NCBI GenBank assembly: GCA_965226795.1
Contig: CBDDDZ010000004.1
Coordinates: forward strand, 768,001 to 832,000
DNA: 64,000 nt
Direction: 5' to 3'
Source: Candidatus Latescibacterota bacterium
Lineage (GTDB): Bacteria; Latescibacterota; UBA2968; GCA-2709665
The position numbers and the translations under genes are program-made. Within the stretch, counting starts at the first letter, position 1, and the number at the start of each line of letters is the position of its first letter. Below the pieces are notes generated by a model. It ran no database searches and was not told where the DNA came from. It saw only the letters and a list, made by a program, of their open reading frames with translations. Shown one piece after another: positions 60,086 through 64,000 of this stretch.

Positions 60086-63000
60086 CGGTTGCTGGTGATC
60101 GCCGGATTCTCGAAGTCGGGAACATCCACGAAGGAAAGCTCTCCCCGTCCGCCCCGGGTGGTGATCTCGAACAGCGCCCGATCGCGGCCTCCGGTAAGCT
60201 CGTACCCGGTGATGTAGTCCCTGTCGTCCGGATCCGTCCCCACTATGGAAATGGTCCCGGTGAAGTTCTCATCCACGGTCCGGGAATTGTGGAAGATGGA
60301 CGGCGGGCTGTTGGCGGTGACCGTGGTCTCGGTGACGTTCACCGTCACGTCATCGGCGGTTACCCCCGTATAGCCGCCGCTGACGGTGTGGGTGAGGGTG
60401 ACCTCATCGTCATCGGTGTCGGTGTCGGCGGTGGAGCTCACCGTCACGGTTTGCGGCGTATCCCAGTTCTGGTCGGTGAAGGTCAGCGGCGACCGGTTCA
60501 CCGTGACATCGGCGTCCGACGGCACGGTCACCGTCACCGTCACGTCGGCAGTGGGTTGCATGGTCAGCACCACCGTGTAGGTGTCGCTGTCGTCCTCCTC
60601 CATGGTCAGTTCCGTAGGATAGATCTCCACCCCGGATTCGGCGTCGATGACGACCAGCGGTAGGTCATCGGACCGCACCAGCTCGTACCCGTTATCGCTG
60701 GCCGGGAGGGAAGGCAGCGCCACGATATCGATGGTGACCGCCGCCGTGGTCCCGGCGGTGCGGGACACCGACAGGGGATTGCTCTCGACACGCCCTGGGG
60801 GATGGTGATGCTCGTCTCGCCGCTTTCGATATCGCCGTTGGAAAGCCGCAGCGGCAGGACCATATCAAAGGGCGCGCCGGTATGGGCCCTGGCAACGAAC
60901 TGGTCCGTTCCTGCCGAATCCAGTGACACGGTAATCGGCAAGGGGTCAACCGGGTTCCACTGAAGTTGGAGCGTGGAAAGCGCCGTCAGCCCCTCGAAAG
61001 CGCTGTCCGGCAGTGACGACAGGTCCCATTGTCTCAGGTCCAGCGATCTCAGTTCCGTCAGTGCGGAAAAGACGGTTGACGGTAATGTGGCAAGGGCGTT
61101 GTTGTAGCCCAAGTCGAGAAACTCGAGCGCGGTCAGCCCGGAGAAGAGGTTGGCGGGCACGGAGGTGAGATCCATGCTACCCAGGTCGAGATGGGTCAGC
61201 GCCGTCAGGCCGGAGAACAGGTCGGCTTCGAGGCTGCCGCTGCCCATCTGGTTGCGGCTCATGTTGAGGTGTTCCAGCGACGACAACCCGGAGAACACGG
61301 TCGCCGGAAAGCTGGTGAGCCGCGCATACTCCAGGTCGAGGTGTTTTAGCCCGGGCAAGTTGGAGAAGACGTCCGCCGGAAAGCTGGTAATTCGGGTATT
61401 GCCAAGGTCGAGGTGTTCGAGCGTCGACAACCCGGTGAACTCGTCGGCCGCCAAGTCGCCCAGGAGGCTGTATTGAAGGATGAGTTCGTCCAGTGCCGTC
61501 AGATCGGAGAAACCGTTCGCCGGCAGGCTGTTGATTGTGGCACTCAGCAAATCGAGATGGGTCAGCGCGGTCAACCCGGTAAACAGGCTGTCGTCGAAGC
61601 TGCCGAGACGGCTGAAGGACAGATCGAGAGATAACAGCGCGGTCAATCCGGAAAACGTGTTCGCCCCAAGGCTGGAGAGGTTGTTCTGCCTGAGACTGAG
61701 TTTTTCCAGCGCCGACAGGTCGGAGAAGATATCCGCCAGCAGGCTGCTGATATTGTTGTCTGACAGATAGAGTTCTTCCAGTGCCGACAGTCCGGAAAAG
61801 TCATCGGCTTTCAGCGTGGAGATGCTTTCGTCAGACAGGGAGAGGCGCGTGATCGCGGCAAGATGGTCAGCGGTTACATCGCCGCACGCGCTGACCCCTG
61901 CAGCATCCACGATTGCGTTGCGCACCTTCACGGTGCGGTTGCAGACGTTCCTGAGGTTCGTCACCGACAGGTTGCTAAGGGCGCCGGCGGGATTGAGCGC
62001 CCGGTCACGGATCGGGTTGGTCCCCGGCGTGTACGCCAGCGCCACCGTCTCGCCCGTGTTCACGGCCGAGGCCAGGGTGAGCGTCACCACGGTGCTGCTC
62101 ACCCCCACCGCCGTAACGTTTCGCGCCTCGCTGTCTACGGTGACGGTAAAGTCGCCGTTCGCAGGTCTCGAACCGCTGTCGAGCACCTCTTCGTAGGTCA
62201 GCGTCAGCCGGGTGCCATTGACGCCCGCTTCAGAGGGCGGGGGCTTTTCCATCGACCTTGTGGCTGGACTGGTTGGCGCGTGCAGCGTGCGCCAGGTCGG
62301 CATTTATTGTGGAATTGCTCCTGACGATGCGCCCGCTGTTGAGCTTGAGGCCGTTGGCATTGATGGTCGCGCCATTGGTGTCTTCGTCGGTGTCCGCCAC
62401 CGTGTACTGGAACAGTAGCCGGGCCGTTGTCGTGCCGCTCTTGTAGTCCGCCTTCCGCTCGGTGGAACCGAAGGTCAGGTCCATCTGCGGCGTGCCGGTA
62501 ACGGTCACCGCTTCGCTGAAGGTGACGTCGATGACGTCGTCTTTCTTGTAGGTATTGTTCTGTCCCGACGGCGGAGTGGAGGTAAAGGCAACGCTGGAGA
62601 CCGTGGGGGCGGTGTGCGTGGTCCCGCTGCCCGTATTGGACCAGGGTCCCTTGCCTTCATCGTTCTTCGCCTGCACCTGGAACTGGTACGTCCTGCCCGC
62701 GCGGAGGCTGCTGAGAACCCGGGTACGCGTCACGCTGCTGTCCGGAGAGGCGGTGTATGACCCGCTGTCGCGGTATTGCAGGAAGTAGTTCGTGATATCC
62801 GGACCGGTATTTGTCGGCGCGTCCCACCGCACCGTCAGGCTGCTCTCCGTCGTGTCGCTCACCACCGGAGGGTTGGGCTTGCCCGGTGGCTCGACGGCGT
62901 CCTCGATGGTGACGGTGATGGTCTGCGCCGCCGTCAGCGCCCGGGTGTCCGCCCCGCCCGTCACCTCCACCTGGACGGTGTATTCGTTGTCGCTGCCCGC

Positions 63001-64000
63001 ATCCGCCGGCCGTTCGAAGTCAGGGTCATCCTTGAAGTGCAACTCCCTGGTATTCGCAATCTCGAAGTCGTCCCGGTCCGCACCGCCCGTGACCGCGTAT
63101 CCCGGATGCTGTCGTCCCTGTCCACGTCCTGCGCGGCCAGCCGCCCTGCCCTCAGGACGTTTTCCACAACCATGAACGTATCCACGCTGGTGAAGTGGGG
63201 GGGTTCGTTCTCGTCCGTGACATTGACGGTAACCGTCTGCTCGGCGGTGAGCGCCCTGCCTCCCGTACCCCCCGGTAGCCGTGACCTCCACGACGTAGCT
63301 GTTGTTGCTGCCAGCATCCGTGGGACTCTCAAAGTCCGGGTCATCCTTGAACGTCAACACGCCCGAGTTGCTGATTTCGAGCCTGCCGCGGTCGCTGCCG
63401 CCGGTCAGGGTGTAGTCCGTGATGGCATCGCCCTGGTCCAGGTCGTCGGCACTGACACTGCCGGCGAAGGACTGGTTCTCCGCCGCCTCCAGCGTCTCCT
63501 CGCCGGTGAACACGGGCACCTCGTTCAGATCCGTCAGGTCGATGGACACCGGGATGGTGCTCTGTCCGTCGTGGCCGTCGGTGGCCTTCACGTTCACCGA
63601 ATAGCGGGAGAGGGCCTCGAAGTCGTAGGTCCTGCCCGATCGGGTCTTGAGCTGCCCGCTACGCGTGTCGATCGAGAAGGAGTCCGCGTGCGTGCCTTCC
63701 AGCGCGTAGGTCAACGTGGTCTTCTCGGCGTCGGTCGCACTGACTGGATCGCCGATGTCCTTCACGCCCGTCGTGTTCTCCGCCAGGGTGCGTGTCGCGC
63801 CGGACCCGTCAGTGAATGTTGGCAACTGATTGGGATCGGTGCTTCCCGTGCCCGATTCCGACCAGTCGCTCGCGCCTTCGTCGTTGCGCGCCAGCACCTG
63901 CACCTGGTGGGTGGTGTCCGGCGTCAGGCCCGTGATTGCGGTCGTACGTTCCGCGCTGTTGAACCGCCAGGATGTGAATCCGCCGGTGTCTCCTTCCCGG
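60086..64000 (-). pseudogene. Large surface protein (FN3, cadherin-like, SwmB-like, ~13 LRRs, Ig/Calx-like); 5' end outside window; at least five indels
   Basis: YQFQVQAKNDEGKGPWS FN3; PDFE.P.D..N.Y cadherin repeats; 24-aa LxxLxLxxNxLxxLPxxxFxGL repeats; frame changes near 63270, 63105, 62235 and 60775-60795. Confidence 0.8.

Noticed and set aside
1..64000. tRNA or rRNA genes
   Set aside because: None recognised by eye, including at the island edges

Overview
GC-rich bacterial chromosomal segment. The gene content (PhyH dioxygenases, sulfatase, TPP enzymes, a cadherin/FN3/LRR surface protein) resembles marine or sponge-associated heterotrophs; this is inference only. Left part (1-29.4 kb): an MscS/MgtE-domain/MgtE cluster, transport and catabolic genes, a fatty-acid beta-oxidation operon, msrAB, and an SPL-like radical SAM gene with a GAAC-N4-GTTC (LexA-type) box in its promoter. 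Middle (~29.5-46.6 kb): a visibly more AT-rich, entirely minus-strand defence/TA island. It holds a DUF4268 nuclease, DUF433, MNT-HEPN, DUF1828/1829, a coupled DUF4365-unknown-SIR2 operon plus a partial duplicate, an MmeI-like RM enzyme, a HEPN protein, an ABC ATPase + DUF4276 pair and Phd-VapC. It has no integrase, but tandem Xer/dif-like sites lie at both edges and internally. Right part: a frameshifted GcvT-family oxidase, peroxiredoxin, HAD, two PhyH-family genes (one with a halogenase-like HxA motif), sulfatase, a TPP enzyme, a 617-bp triplicated lipoprotein, and a multiply frameshifted surface-protein gene fused to the 3' half of hisG. Intergenic DNA contains GTAG-type REPs and three copies of a ~155-175 nt structured element with compensatory base changes. 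All family assignments come from reading motifs by eye; no searches were run.
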